A stretch of DNA of 64,000 bases from Octopus sinensis (GCF_006345805.1 NC_043005.1:63550001-63614000), one strand, 5' to 3'. Positions 40,511 through 52,470 are shown, counted from the first letter of the stretch. The notes: generated from the letters alone by a model not told the origin. Translations and numbers: made by a program.

Positions 40511-40648
40511 TATATTTGAAAAAAGAAAAAGAGCGACTTCACTGGCAGTTCTCATCAGTTTAATTTATTATTTAAAAACATTTTAGTAATATAAATTTAG
40601 GTGATTAGAGCTACGAGTAAAGTCGTTCTTTTTCTTTTTTCAAATATA
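40511..40648. repeat. 29-bp inverted repeat (28/29) with 80-bp spacer, inside a (TA)n-flanked insert
   Basis: TATATTTGAAAAAAGAAAAAGAGCGACTT versus AAGTCGTTCTTTTTCTTTTTTCAAATATA. Confidence 0.85.
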
Positions 40649-41312
40649 TATATATATATATATACATGTGTGTTTGTGTGAATGTCTGTATGTATATGAA
40701 TATGTATGTATAATATGTAAGTAAACACCTATACATGATTTTATATATATGTGTATTTATATAAATATACCTGCACGTATTTGTGTGTGCGCGCGTGTGT
40801 GTGTACATGAACAGGAATTAACAGATAAGCATACAATTTAGTTCTATCAAGATAAAGATTTTCTTCAAACGTTGTCAGGAATAATATAATTACGGAATGG
40901 TATTGTAAGTCATCATGGGGAATACCAGCATAGAACAGAGAGTGTAAGCGTACATGTAGAGTGTGCACCAACGCCAGAACACGAGAATAAAGAGCATACG
41001 GGTTTGTTGCAATTTTCTAATACAAATTAAGCTATAATTGCCAACACAAACTTCAAGAAGCTAATCAACCGAACTAACCAGTTGATTATCATCAATCAAC
41101 TATATTTCAACGTCAAATAGGATTTATAGTGAATGCGCAAAAATTATAGGCACATATGCTTATGGTGTGTATTTCTGAGAAAGAATTCCTCACCAGCTTT
41201 ACAATGTTAATTTATGTGTTTAATGTGAATTATGTGACGATAAAGAAAAGAACCCCAGCCCGGCAAAAGATGATGTAGTTAATACCAAAATAGATCTAGA
41301 AAGATAGACTCT

Positions 41313-41740
41313 TCTACTCTTTTACTTGTTTCAGTCATTTGACTGTGGGCATGCTGGAGCACCGCCTTTAGTCGAGCAAATCGACCCCCCCCCCAGCACT
41401 TATTCTTTGTAAGCCTAGTACTTATTCTATCGGTCTCTTTTGCCGAGCCGCTAGGTTACGGGGACGTAAACACACCAGCATCGGTTGTCAAGCGATTTTG
41501 GGTGACAAACTCAGACATAAACGTACACACACACACATACATATATATATACGCACATACACACATATATTTACATGTATATATATGCATATATACGACG
41601 GGCTTCTTTCAGTTTCCGTCTACCAAATCCACTCATAAGACTTTGGTAGAAGACACTTGCCCAAGGTGCCGCGCAGTGGGACTGAATCCAGAACCATGTG
41701 GTTGGTAAGCAAGCTACTTACCACACAGCCACTCCTATGA
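41313..41740 (-). mobile_element. Near full-length SINE group B
   Basis: Head AGGAGTGGCTGTGTGGTAAGTAGCTTGC, B-box-like GGATTCAGTCCC, same body and tail as 40071 with a small internal deletion. Confidence 0.93.
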
Positions 41741-42082
41741 ACAACTACTAAGAAACTAAGCACAAGAAGCAATAATGAAATTTGATTGCAAAAAAGCACT
41801 GGTAGTATAGCGATGAAGTGTTATAAAAAAACAGAGACCTTCAGGAGATAAGTAACAGTCATTGAAGGAGTATTTAAAAAACAAAACATCAAGGAACTCT
41901 CTTTGTCCAATGTTATATACTGAAGTAGAGAAGAAACAAATAATATGAGGACTGAACGTCTTTGATCGTAGGTTTTGTAAAATGATAAACAACCACAATG
42001 ACGACAACAGGTATGTTATTTCTGTACGTTTATTTATCCGGGTGGCGAATCGTAACAGCATCAGACGGTATTTGTGCCGGTG

Positions 42083-42316
42083 GAAGGCGGCGAGCTGGCA
42101 GAAACGTTAGCACGGCGGGCGAAATGCGTAGCCGTATTTCGTCTGCCGTTACATTCTGAGTTCAAATTCCGCCGAGGTCGACTTTGCCTTTCATCCTTTC
42201 GGGGTCGATAAATTAAGTACCAGTTACGCACTGGGGTCAATGTAATCGAATTAATACCTCTGTCTGTCCTTGTTTGTCCCCTCTGTGTTTAGCCCCTTGT
42301 GGGTAATAAAGAAATA
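42083..42316 (+). mobile_element. Young full-length SINE group A (tail type 2) with perfect 16-bp TSD
   Basis: TSD GGTATTTGTGCCGGTG at 42067-42082 and 42317-42332; head GAAGGCGGCGAGCTGGCAGAA, B-box GAGTTCAAATTCC, core GCCTTTCATCCTTTCGGGGTCGATAAATTAAGTACCAG. Confidence 0.97.
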
Positions 42317-42463
42317 GGTATTTGTGCCGGTGCTTCTTTAAGAGTAAACAACTTTGATTTTCATCCATTCAGAGCGATAATTTAAAGTTCCATTCAAATA
42401 CCACGGCTGATATAATTGGTTATAACCCTCTAAAATATAAACTCTCGTATCTATGTTAGACAT

Positions 42464-42752
42464 CACGCGATCGACCAGACTATTGAATGTTGTTGGGCAT
42501 CACTGGTCACAATGCGCTTTTTATCGTTTTAGCTTTCGAATGATGTTACTCCAGTGGCTGGGTGAGCAGGACAACATTCCCCCTGATAAGAAGGCTAATC
42601 CGTCACAGGGTTACCCATTTACAGTTGAGTGGACAAGAGCAACATCAGATCAAGTGTTTTGTTTAAGAACATATTCGTGCTGTTCGGCCCGGGATTCGAA
42701 CCCACGTTCTTGCGATAATGTGTGCAACGCCCTAACCACTAAGCCACGCGCT
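42464..42752 (-). mobile_element. Full-length SINE group C with RTE-like tail; 12-bp TSD
   Basis: Head GCGCGTGGCTTAGTGGTTAGG, B-box GGTTCGAATCCC; TSD tatgttagacat (42452-42463) / tatgctagacat (42753-42764). Confidence 0.9.
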
Positions 42753-45082
42753 TATGCTAGACATAGTTACTCTATAATCCATTGAATTATTTACTGTTGT
42801 ATTTAGTTACAAGTTGATCATTGCAACTGGACTATAAAACTTTAACTGTTAAACTAACAAATATGAGAACGTATTTTGATATTGTATGTCTAAGATTTCA
42901 CAAAGGTTTGCTGAGGAAGTAAAAATATAATGAAATTCACTAATCTGGCAGACATAAGCCATTCATTAGCCTAGGGTGAATCTTAAACTATACAACAGAC
43001 AGTTGCTCATAGTTGAAATTGTGTAAAGTAAAAATAAGAAAAAAACTAAGAAATTTAGATATAACTAAAGAGTAAAAAGCAAGATATTAGAGAACTAAAT
43101 TTAATACATTTAGAAACAGCTGAAACACATTTTTATTTGATTATGGAGGAAACAGAGATAAAGTAAACTTTTCAAATGTTTGATAAAAAAAGTTTTATAA
43201 TCATTTTTGTTGCCACAGTTGTTGTTGTTGTTGTTGCTGCTGCTGCTGGTAATGCATTTCTGTTGCGTTGCTGTTTCATTTGAATAAAATTTGAAATTTC
43301 AAAGTTGAAACAAAATTTTTAAAGGAATATTATTAAAAACATGGAAGGAATAGATTAACCTGGTTAGTTAAACATTTAAGAGGTAACAAGGCAGATTGCA
43401 TCTGATCACTCGATTTGTTAGAAATACCAATGAAATCTACCTCTTACTCCATTGTTTTAGAAAGTAAATTAAGTCTAAAATTACATTAGATGACGTATAA
43501 GACACACAGTACACAATAAAGATGGGATGGATATAATTGGAAGGCTTTTGATCATAGGACGGTTTGGCTCTAACAAACCTGAGGTTTAATATCACAGCAT
43601 CGTTAAAATTATCCGCATTTGAACAGGGCAGATTCAAGTGGTCACTTGACTTGCAAGACACGTTATGCCTATATGTTCCTATACATGTTTAAAATCTCAA
43701 CAATAACCAAATATATTTTTATGTATTTTCCGTTAATGTTTTTCAAATTTGACAAATACAGGCATACCTCAAATTCTGTTTGTTTCGAGGTACATTCTAT
43801 TCGACTTTACATCGATTTAGTTTTAAAGATTTTCATGGAAACAATAAACCTCAACTTCAGTTGATTTATCCGACTTTGCGCAAGTTTCAGCGAATATATT
43901 TACAAGCATAAATCTTAAACAAAACACCTAAAGCCCAATACTGAAATGGAAAATCACATAAAATGCACACGAAAGTACATAGAAATAATTTATGTAAACA
44001 GATATAAGCTAATAAATTTTTCAAGTGGTTTTTTCGCACTACTTCAGTTTTCGAATGAAGTTGCATGTCTCGGAACCAATTACCGAGGTGGGTTGAGGTA
44101 TGCCTTTATAGTTCAACTATAATTGCTAACACAGTTGAACGCAGTATTGACTTATAAAAACGTTTAATACACTTTATAGTATATTGTGATTGCATGAGGA
44201 AATATCGTGTCACAAGTCATTAATATTTACATAGCAGCTTCCAGGAATGTTTTTAATATATCCAATAACGCTACACCAATGTATTTAGTCACTATTTAAG
44301 CAATGTGTTTGCGGATGATTAATGGATTGGACGGGTGCTGAGGAAGAAGCAAAAACTCCCGAAATATGGGTTATACGCATTACCTATTTTTCATCTTCGA
44401 TATCATTGTTTACATCTGGCGTTTCGGATACGGGATATCGTAACAAAACTCAGTGCTAGCTACAGTTTAAATAGAATATCTGTAGCGATAACATTAACAA
44501 AGGAAGTAACTGAAGCGTACACAGAAATGCTCTCACTTCTGAAATAGCACAAGTTTGGCTTGGCCGAGCGATAGCTGAACGATCCTCGGGACTTACATCA
44601 GAAGAACCTTCTACTAGAAAGATATTTTTAAAAGAAATTGGAGTCTATAAATCAGAAGTTGACTTGCAGCGCGCTGGTTCACAAACATGTGTATTTCTAT
44701 TTTTTCAAGCAATTACTTGAAAATCGATGACCAGGCACCCATTGGACGGCTACATATTTTTGTTCTGCTCGGTTTCTACTAGGTTTCCTCCTGAGGTGAG
44801 CCTTGTCGGAGCGTCAGATTAATTTATGTATGCATGCATGCATGCATGTATGTGTTTGTATGTATGTATGCATGTTACATGTATATATATATATATATGT
44901 ATATATATTTAGTGTATATATAAATTTCCGCATATAAACTTCAAATTTCCGCACTAAGGCACGGGTTTGAGACCCCATGGTCGTAACCTCAACCGTGATT
45001 TTTTCTGTTGTGATTTTTGCTACCCAGGTATCGGTTATCTTTTGAATAATCCGTAACAAGATAATTCATTTATCCATTTCAA

Positions 45083-45139
<57 letters not shown>

Positions 45140-45252
45140 TGAGAGAGAGAGAGAGAGAGTGAGAGAGAGAGGAGGAGGAGGAAAAAAACAAGAAGTTTGC
45201 GAGACAAAGTCAAATGTTTATGCGATTGCTGAAAACAAAAAGTAAAAACAAG

Positions 45253-45338
<86 letters not shown>

Positions 45339-45354
45339 CATTATATATATACAT

Positions 45355-45401
<47 letters not shown>

Positions 45402-45789
45402 TGCATATGCATCTATGTGTGTTTGAAGGAGACACAAAATAATATATTGTTCATTTCTATTGGTAAATTTCTATTAAATCTTTCCTAGTTCCTACAAGCA
45501 AGTAATGTTTAACTGGAAATATTAAGAAGGTGTGATTTAGCTTCGTTTCAAAATATAGTAATTTAACTCGACTGCAGTATTTTTTTATTGAGTACAGAAG
45601 AATCAATAATGTTGTTTATAGTGGGATATTACCATCGTTTACATACGCTATAATTACCTCTATCATCAGTATTACAATCATTATTATTGTATAGATATAG
45701 TTATAATTTTTCGAAACAATACCTCATATGGTTACACATCTGTGGATGCATATATGTCCATATATATATATGTGTGCGTGTGTGTATTT

Positions 45790-45834
<45 letters not shown>

Positions 45835-45984
45835 ATATATATTATATATATATATATATATGTATATGCAGACATATATCTATACATATATATATGTACA
45901 CATACACACACACATATTTATTCATCCTCCTGTGTGAAAACTGATATATCATGATTACGCTTTTTAGAAAAATTATACCTATAT

Positions 45985-46024
45985 TGATGTGATTATGATA
46001 ATGATGTTGATGATGATGATTATA

Positions 46025-46057
<33 letters not shown>

Positions 46058-46100
46058 TTGCTGAGGATGCTGTTTATGATGATTATTACGATGATGGCAA
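45985..46100. repeat. (GAT)n trinucleotide repeat
   Basis: Direct inspection. Confidence 0.9.
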
Positions 46101-46934
46101 TTATAGAAGTTTATAGAAGTGATTATTATGTTGGAGAATGTTGACAATTTCCAGCTGTAATAAGAGCTTTGCATCCCTAGTATTAAAATAAGAATTGCCT
46201 CACCGTTTTATAAAAATATATTAAGGACTCAGACAACTTTCATTTTCAAAACTATTGATATATGTTTTTTTTAATATGCTATCTGTTTGTATAGAGCACC
46301 ATATCCCAAATATTAAAACTACTTGTTCGACAAGAAATGATCGGATAAAGTCAGTAAGAAAGTAGATACTTAATGGAAATTAAATAAAACCAAATAGGGG
46401 AAGAGTCATCACTTCAGGATATCGTTAGAGCCTCGACCTCCTCTGTGTTTGGGAAAGAAATACATACACAATATAGATTCATGTGTATAGACGCACTGAC
46501 ACACGCATGCACTCTCACACACAGTCGTGTGTAAACGTGTTGAGTGTAAGAAAAGTAGGATAGCGAGCAGGATAGTAGGAGCGAGTTTGAGAGAGTATGG
46601 CAAGCGAGAAACAGGAGGCGAGGAAATCTCAGTCCCCTTTTGGAATTTAGGTAATGCATGTATCCAGTTTCAAGGCATAAATTTTCGCTTGTGCGTGCAG
46701 GGACTGGAGATTCCTTTTTTAAATCAGTAGCACAAAACCTGCATTTCCTGTTCGCGTTTGAATGTGGTTTGCATTTTGAATGATTCTCCGGCTTACGTAT
46801 ATTCTGTTCTTTTAAGCAAATTTAGCAATTCCTTTGGACGCATAATACACATGCATATATTTTAAGCAATCTTTGTACAAAAGCAAGTAAAATCGAAACG
46901 ACCATTATCAATTATCTTTCTACATATAATTTAA

Positions 46935-47085
46935 GTAAACCAGTAAAAACATCCGAAGACGGGTGTGTAAACAACAAACAAATGTATTCGTTTTACGCTC
47001 GGGAAGTGAGAAAGTCTTTAGCATTTCGAGCCGACGCTCTTCAACAGAAATTTACACAGAAATAAGCAGAGAAAGAAAAATTTTC
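46935..47085 (-). mobile_element. PLE terminal remnant with degenerate hammerhead motif
   Basis: Minus strand tttCTGTTGA-A-GAGC-GTCG-GCTC-GAAATGCTAaag (47016-47050); flank cgctc.ggaa is shared with 14316-14326. Confidence 0.5.
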
Positions 47086-47589
47086 TAGCTGCCTATTACA
47101 TGAGTAATCAATTTAGGCATGAATACATTTTGATCCACTTTTTCTCCGAGAAAAACGTCTTAAATACTACTTGGACTGAATATCTCTTATTCGCCCAGGA
47201 TTAAAATAATAGTACCGTTGTTGTTCTAGGACCTACTTCACAGCTAGGTCACTTCTCTAAGAATTTTATGTTTCGTTGTAAAATAAGGAATCATTAAGGG
47301 AGCTTAATAAACTCAAGTCCTTTAAGAAGTGTAGAATGCAATTTTTCAGACATATTCCCGGGTAGTGTGGAGGAAAAAATGGTTAAGATAATGTGGGCTG
47401 ATGATTTGAGTTAAACATTCTCCTATTTGTTAAAAAGCAATGAGGGAATGTCTCGCCAAAGGATTAATTTTTTTATGCCCCTTTTGTTCCCTTATTCTAC
47501 ATTGTGTTACTTGTGTGCATATGACACTACAAGCACATGTATATACGAGTGTGTATATGCTTATGTAAATCTATCTATCTAATCTATCT

Positions 47590-47629
<40 letters not shown>

Positions 47630-48287
47630 TACACTTATATAGATGTATAATATACATAAGTACATGCACGCACAGACACAAGCACACACACACATACAAA
47701 CACATGTATATACACAGCTAACCCATGCATAAAACATATGTATTAAGCACTGATTATGAAAATGTTTGATGTACAATGTGAAACGAAGCCTACAATGCGC
47801 ATCTGCACCAGGCCTGTTACCTATTTGGCACGAATCTGCCAGCAGCCGAAGTAACAACACCTCTTTCTGTATCATTCTCATTCTCAGACAAAGAGCATAG
47901 TTTCGAAACTCATTATTCACTAATCACTGCAAATGAATTCCTTAAAGTCATTTGTGAACACATTTATCGACTAATTATAGCCGACACTGTCAATCAGGAG
48001 TTTTACCTGGTTTCGAATATTACAATTATCTTCCTTAAGTTTAGTTTTTACCATTTGAGCATTCACTAAAAGTAGTGACGAAACAATGTTGTATTTTGTT
48101 TTTCTTGATTCGCTTCTTTATTTCTGATAACCATTTCGGTAAGGATGTTGGGTTTTGAAGCTTCTAGAATCAATTAGATGTCATATGCACATTGCATTTC
48201 ATCATATCACATTCATAGAAAAAGAAACGGCAATAAAAAACATCCATTCAATTCCAATATAATTAGTAAAAATATTAGCATTGACAT

Positions 48288-48637
48288 TAAGGGTTCTCAA
48301 CCATTTTTTTTATCTGTGAACCCCTCTAATTACTATTTTATTCTGGTGGACCCCTTTAGCCATTCGATGTTTAATAACTAGTTTTATATACCCTTTTTTG
48401 AATATTCTTATCGTTTTTCACACATTAACTTGTATAGATGGAACTACGTAAAATGTTAGAGAAAGAAACCGAGCTGTTGCTCGCAATACATACCAATATA
48501 TACACCTAAAGCAAATTCTTTTCAAGGGCACTTAAAATACTATTGTGGCTCCCCAATTTATTTGTTTTATTGCGTGGATCCCCCAAAATCCTATATGGAA
48601 CTTCAGAGACCATATGGACCCTGGCGTGGAACCACTG
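48288..48637. mobile_element. hAT-type MITE (CAG-x-GGTTCTCAA-like TIR)
   Basis: Left TAAGGGTTCTCAACC, right GTGGAACCACTG; internal subterminal TGGACCCC-like repeats; 8-bp flanks attgacat / atttgcag match only partly. Confidence 0.65.
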
Positions 48638-49173
48638 ATTTGCAGAATCATTAATATAGATGTATGTAGAGGGCATTTACTTAAATGTAAATCCGTATTA
48701 AAGTGAGTTAGAGGTGAGTATAAAGCAAGCAACACAGAGATAATAAATTGGATTAAAGATAAAAACAAAAGAGGTGTATGTTACAGTGAAATGAGGTAAG
48801 TAGTTTCTAACGACTAAGTCGTATGCGGAATATCGATGGTAAACGTATATCGTGAAACTACCCTGAGGAAACGAGAATAAATCAATTAACTGATATCAAA
48901 AGAATAGTAACATTCAGTGGAATATTTGTTTTCGAAAACGAAAGGTGATTTCGAAGGCTTGATTGTGACGCTCTTGACCTCTTATTTCAGATGTAGGAAC
49001 AGATCCAATGTCAAATCTTTATAAGTGATCTGATAACGTATGATAAACTCTTTGAAATATGATTTTGAAAATCTACAGAATGACGTAAATATTTATAGAC
49101 GTGGTTAATTTGATAAAGGACATCTTGTGTGGGAAATACTTTCCTAAAAAGCAATAAATTACAAGCTATAACT

Positions 49174-49221
49174 CACGTGACTTGTAATTTATACACGTGA
49201 CTTGTAATTTATACACGTGAC
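49174..49221. repeat. 20-bp tandem repeat x2.4 giving three CACGTG boxes
   Basis: CACGTGACTTGTAATTTATA at 49174 and 49194, partial at 49214. Confidence 0.9.
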
Positions 49222-49328
49222 CTCTGACCTGCACTTTACTTACATGACTGACGTTTCATAATCTCGTTATAAAGCAACTTGTTTATTGAAACTGAAATCA
49301 ACAGAAACTAAATTAAGTGATCAAAATA

Positions 49329-49497
49329 GGCGCGGGAGTGACTGTGTGTTAAGTAGCTTTTTTACCAACCACATTGTTGTGGGTTCAGTCCCACTGCATG
49401 GCACGTTCGGCAAGTGACTTCTGCTATAGCCTCGGACCGACCAAAGCCTTGTGAGTGGATTTGGTAGAAGAAAACTGAAAGAAGTAAGTAGTATATA

Positions 49498-49546
<49 letters not shown>

Positions 49547-49780
49547 TATATATATATGTATGTATGTGTGTGTATATTTGTGTGTCTGTGTTTGTCCCCC
49601 AACATTGCTTGACAACCGATGCTTGTGTGTTTACGTCCCCGTAACTTAGCGGTTCGGCCAAAGAGACCGATAGAATAAGTACTAGGCTTACAAAGAATAA
49701 GTCCTGGGGTTTATTTTTTCGACTAAAGGCGGTGCTCCAGCATGGCCGCAGTCAAATGACTGAAGCAAGTAAAGAGTAAA
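49329..49780 (+). mobile_element. Full-length SINE group B
   Basis: GGCGCGGGAGTGACTGTGTGTTAAGTAGC head, GGGTTCAGTCCC, internal (TA)n(TG)n, tail GGCGGTGCTCCAGCATGGCCGCAGTCAAATGACTGAAGCAAGTAAAGAGTAAA. Confidence 0.95.
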
Positions 49781-51298
49781 GCCTAAAGATTAAATATAAT
49801 TTGCAACATTCATTTAGGGTCTTTGATAAAAACCAACGCTTTCTTAGTATTTATTTTATTTATTTATTTTTAATCAAGAAAGGCTTAATGAAACTGAGGA
49901 GAATGACTAAACATAATATATCAAATCAAAAAGAAATAAATAACACTGTAAAAGGAAACAGATGTAAAGTTTGAAATAAATCATGCATGGGGAGGGTACA
50001 TCACCGTACTAATAGTTGCACTACTTTTCCTTTTTTATCATTTTAAATTGCATTTGTGAATATTAGCGTCGTTTGCTCCATGATTCCATTGGGACACAGT
50101 ACACAATATTTCAAAATGATAAAGAATTATTTGTACAACAGGCTAAATTTTCGGTTTAATGTTTTATATCTTTCTAAAATGTTGCGGTCATATATAGGTC
50201 TAATATTTATAGGAAAAAAATAAGTGTAATATTTCGGAATTTATTATTTAGTCAACAATGCAGAGAAATATTTGAAGATAGTGTAGGGGTAGATACGAAA
50301 ACGGTTACGAAATAAACGTAAAAGTGAAGATGAGAGGGAATTTACTTACGTTATCAATTGTTAAACGTATATAATCATCTATGGAGCGGTATAGAAAAGT
50401 TATTTTTAGTAATATCGAAAAAATTGTTTATAATTTTAACGATATTCATCATAGAAAAACTAAAGAATAAAGTTATATGACTTTGATGTAGTGTAGAGGA
50501 GATAACAATTAATGGAAAATGGAGTCATATATACATTGTTTTATAAAAATAAAAAAGTAAATAGATTGACAGCAGATATACATGAATTTGTACACTCCAC
50601 ATTTTATATGTTTTACATACCTTTATGCATAATTTTATGCATATACATACTGATACAGCCATATATACATGTTCACATGAGTTTTGTACATAGAAAGCAC
50701 ACACAGATAAATACTTACGTATACATACATATATATACGAACATCTACAAACAGATATCTAATCAGACGATGATGTATATACTAATATATCCGCACACAT
50801 CAACACCTTGGTATTTATCCTTATACAAACAATACCCACACATATGTACACTTATGCTCGTAAATAATGCTTATATACCGGCCAGAAGGCATATTTGGCC
50901 ATATAAGTTTACATACGTACATATATACACATAAAAATTATTAAAACGTTTTAAAGAATTGTGAAAGAATTATAAAAAATATCATAAAAATTCATATAAA
51001 GATTACAAAAAGATTTATAAAAAAATTAACAAAAATTTAAGACAAAATTATGAAACCCAAATTTACAAAAATATTTATAAAAAAGTTGATATATATATAT
51101 ATATATGTGTGTATATATAAATATAAAAGAGTAACAAAGATGTACAGGTGTGAAGAATACACAGCCAGAATATCAAGTGCAAACGCTTCTGCACAGAGTT
51201 TGATATTCACCTGATGTTGTTTGGGTGTGCAAATTAGATTGAACTAACAAGGTGCTTCAAATTAAATGCCTGATTCAACTGAATCTTAATTATATATA

Positions 51299-51347
<49 letters not shown>

Positions 51348-51690
51348 GTGTGTGTGTGTGTGTGTGTGTGTGTGCTTGTGTATATACATATATATACAAT
51401 TACATATATATGTATATATATACATATAAATGTATATATATATATACACATATATGTATATATATATATACACATATATGTATATATATATACATATATA
51501 TGTATATATATGTGTATATATATATACATATATATATATAAATATATGTATATATATATGTAATATATGTGTTTATATATATATATATATGTACGTATTT
51601 GAGTGTGTGTGTGTTTGTGTGTGTAAGCAAAAATATTAGTTATAAAATCCCTCTAAGTGATCGAAGCAGTAGTTGCACTGACAAGTAATA

Positions 51691-51845
51691 TTCGTGCGGA
51701 CTCTGATCAATTTTTTAATCCCAAGAGGGCATCTCCTCTAGCTGGTTAACGATGCACAGCTGCATCCGATATGATTGTCAGCAGGAGATGTTCGGAGATG
51801 TCCTCTAGGGGTTAAAATATAGCGGTAGAATCGACTCGCACGGAA
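51691..51845. other. Nested inverted-repeat (structured) segment
   Basis: 24-bp arms 51713-51736 / 51794-51817 (21 Watson-Crick, 2 G.U, 1 mismatch); inner hairpin GATGCA-cagc-TGCATC; outer CGTGCG/CGCACG. Confidence 0.65.
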
Positions 51846-51899
51846 AGCCATGTTAAAGTGGTTACGAATATTACTTATATATATCTACATAACATTCTA

Positions 51900-52167
51900 T
51901 TTGTTACTTGTTTCAGCCATTTTTATCTGCGTCCCCCCTGAGGCACCGCTTTAAGTGTGTTAGTGAAACAAATCGACCACATGATTTTTTTTTTAGCTTG
52001 GTACTTATTCTATCAGTCTCTTTTTCCGAATCGCTAAGTTACGGGGACGTAAACACACCAGCACCGGTTGCTAAATGATGGTGGAGAACAAACACAGACA
52101 CAAAGACATGCTCACACGCACACACACACACACACACAGATACACACACACACACACACACACACAC

Positions 52168-52211
<44 letters not shown>

Positions 52212-52345
52212 CGAAAGGCTTCTTTCAGAATTCAATTACCAAATCTACTCAAGGCTTTCGTCGACCCGGGGCTAAGGTAGACAATACTTGTCTAAGATAC
52301 CACGCAGTGGAAGTGAATCCGGGACCACGTCGTTGGAACAGTAAA
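51900..52345 (-). mobile_element. SINE group B copy
   Basis: Colinear with 40071-40461 (cgctaagttacggggacgtaaacacaccagca; ggcttctttcag; ccacgcagtgg). Confidence 0.88.
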
Positions 52346-52359
52346 CTATATATCTAAAT

Positions 52360-52392
52360 CTATCTATCTATCTAACTATATATATATATATA

Positions 52393-52467
<75 letters not shown>

Positions 52468-52470
52468 GGC

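Noticed and set aside
42675-42752. tRNA gene candidates (A/B boxes here and at 61805-61878, 49329-49400, 60876-60945)
   Set aside because: They continue into SINE bodies with tails, some with TSDs, and lack a clean cloverleaf; they are SINE heads
45842-46174. Poly-His ORF
   Set aside because: Reverse strand of a (GAT)n repeat running into (TA)n; no domain or splice support
50512-50934. 140-aa ORF
   Set aside because: Built from degenerate TA/CA low-complexity sequence (Y/I/H/T bias)
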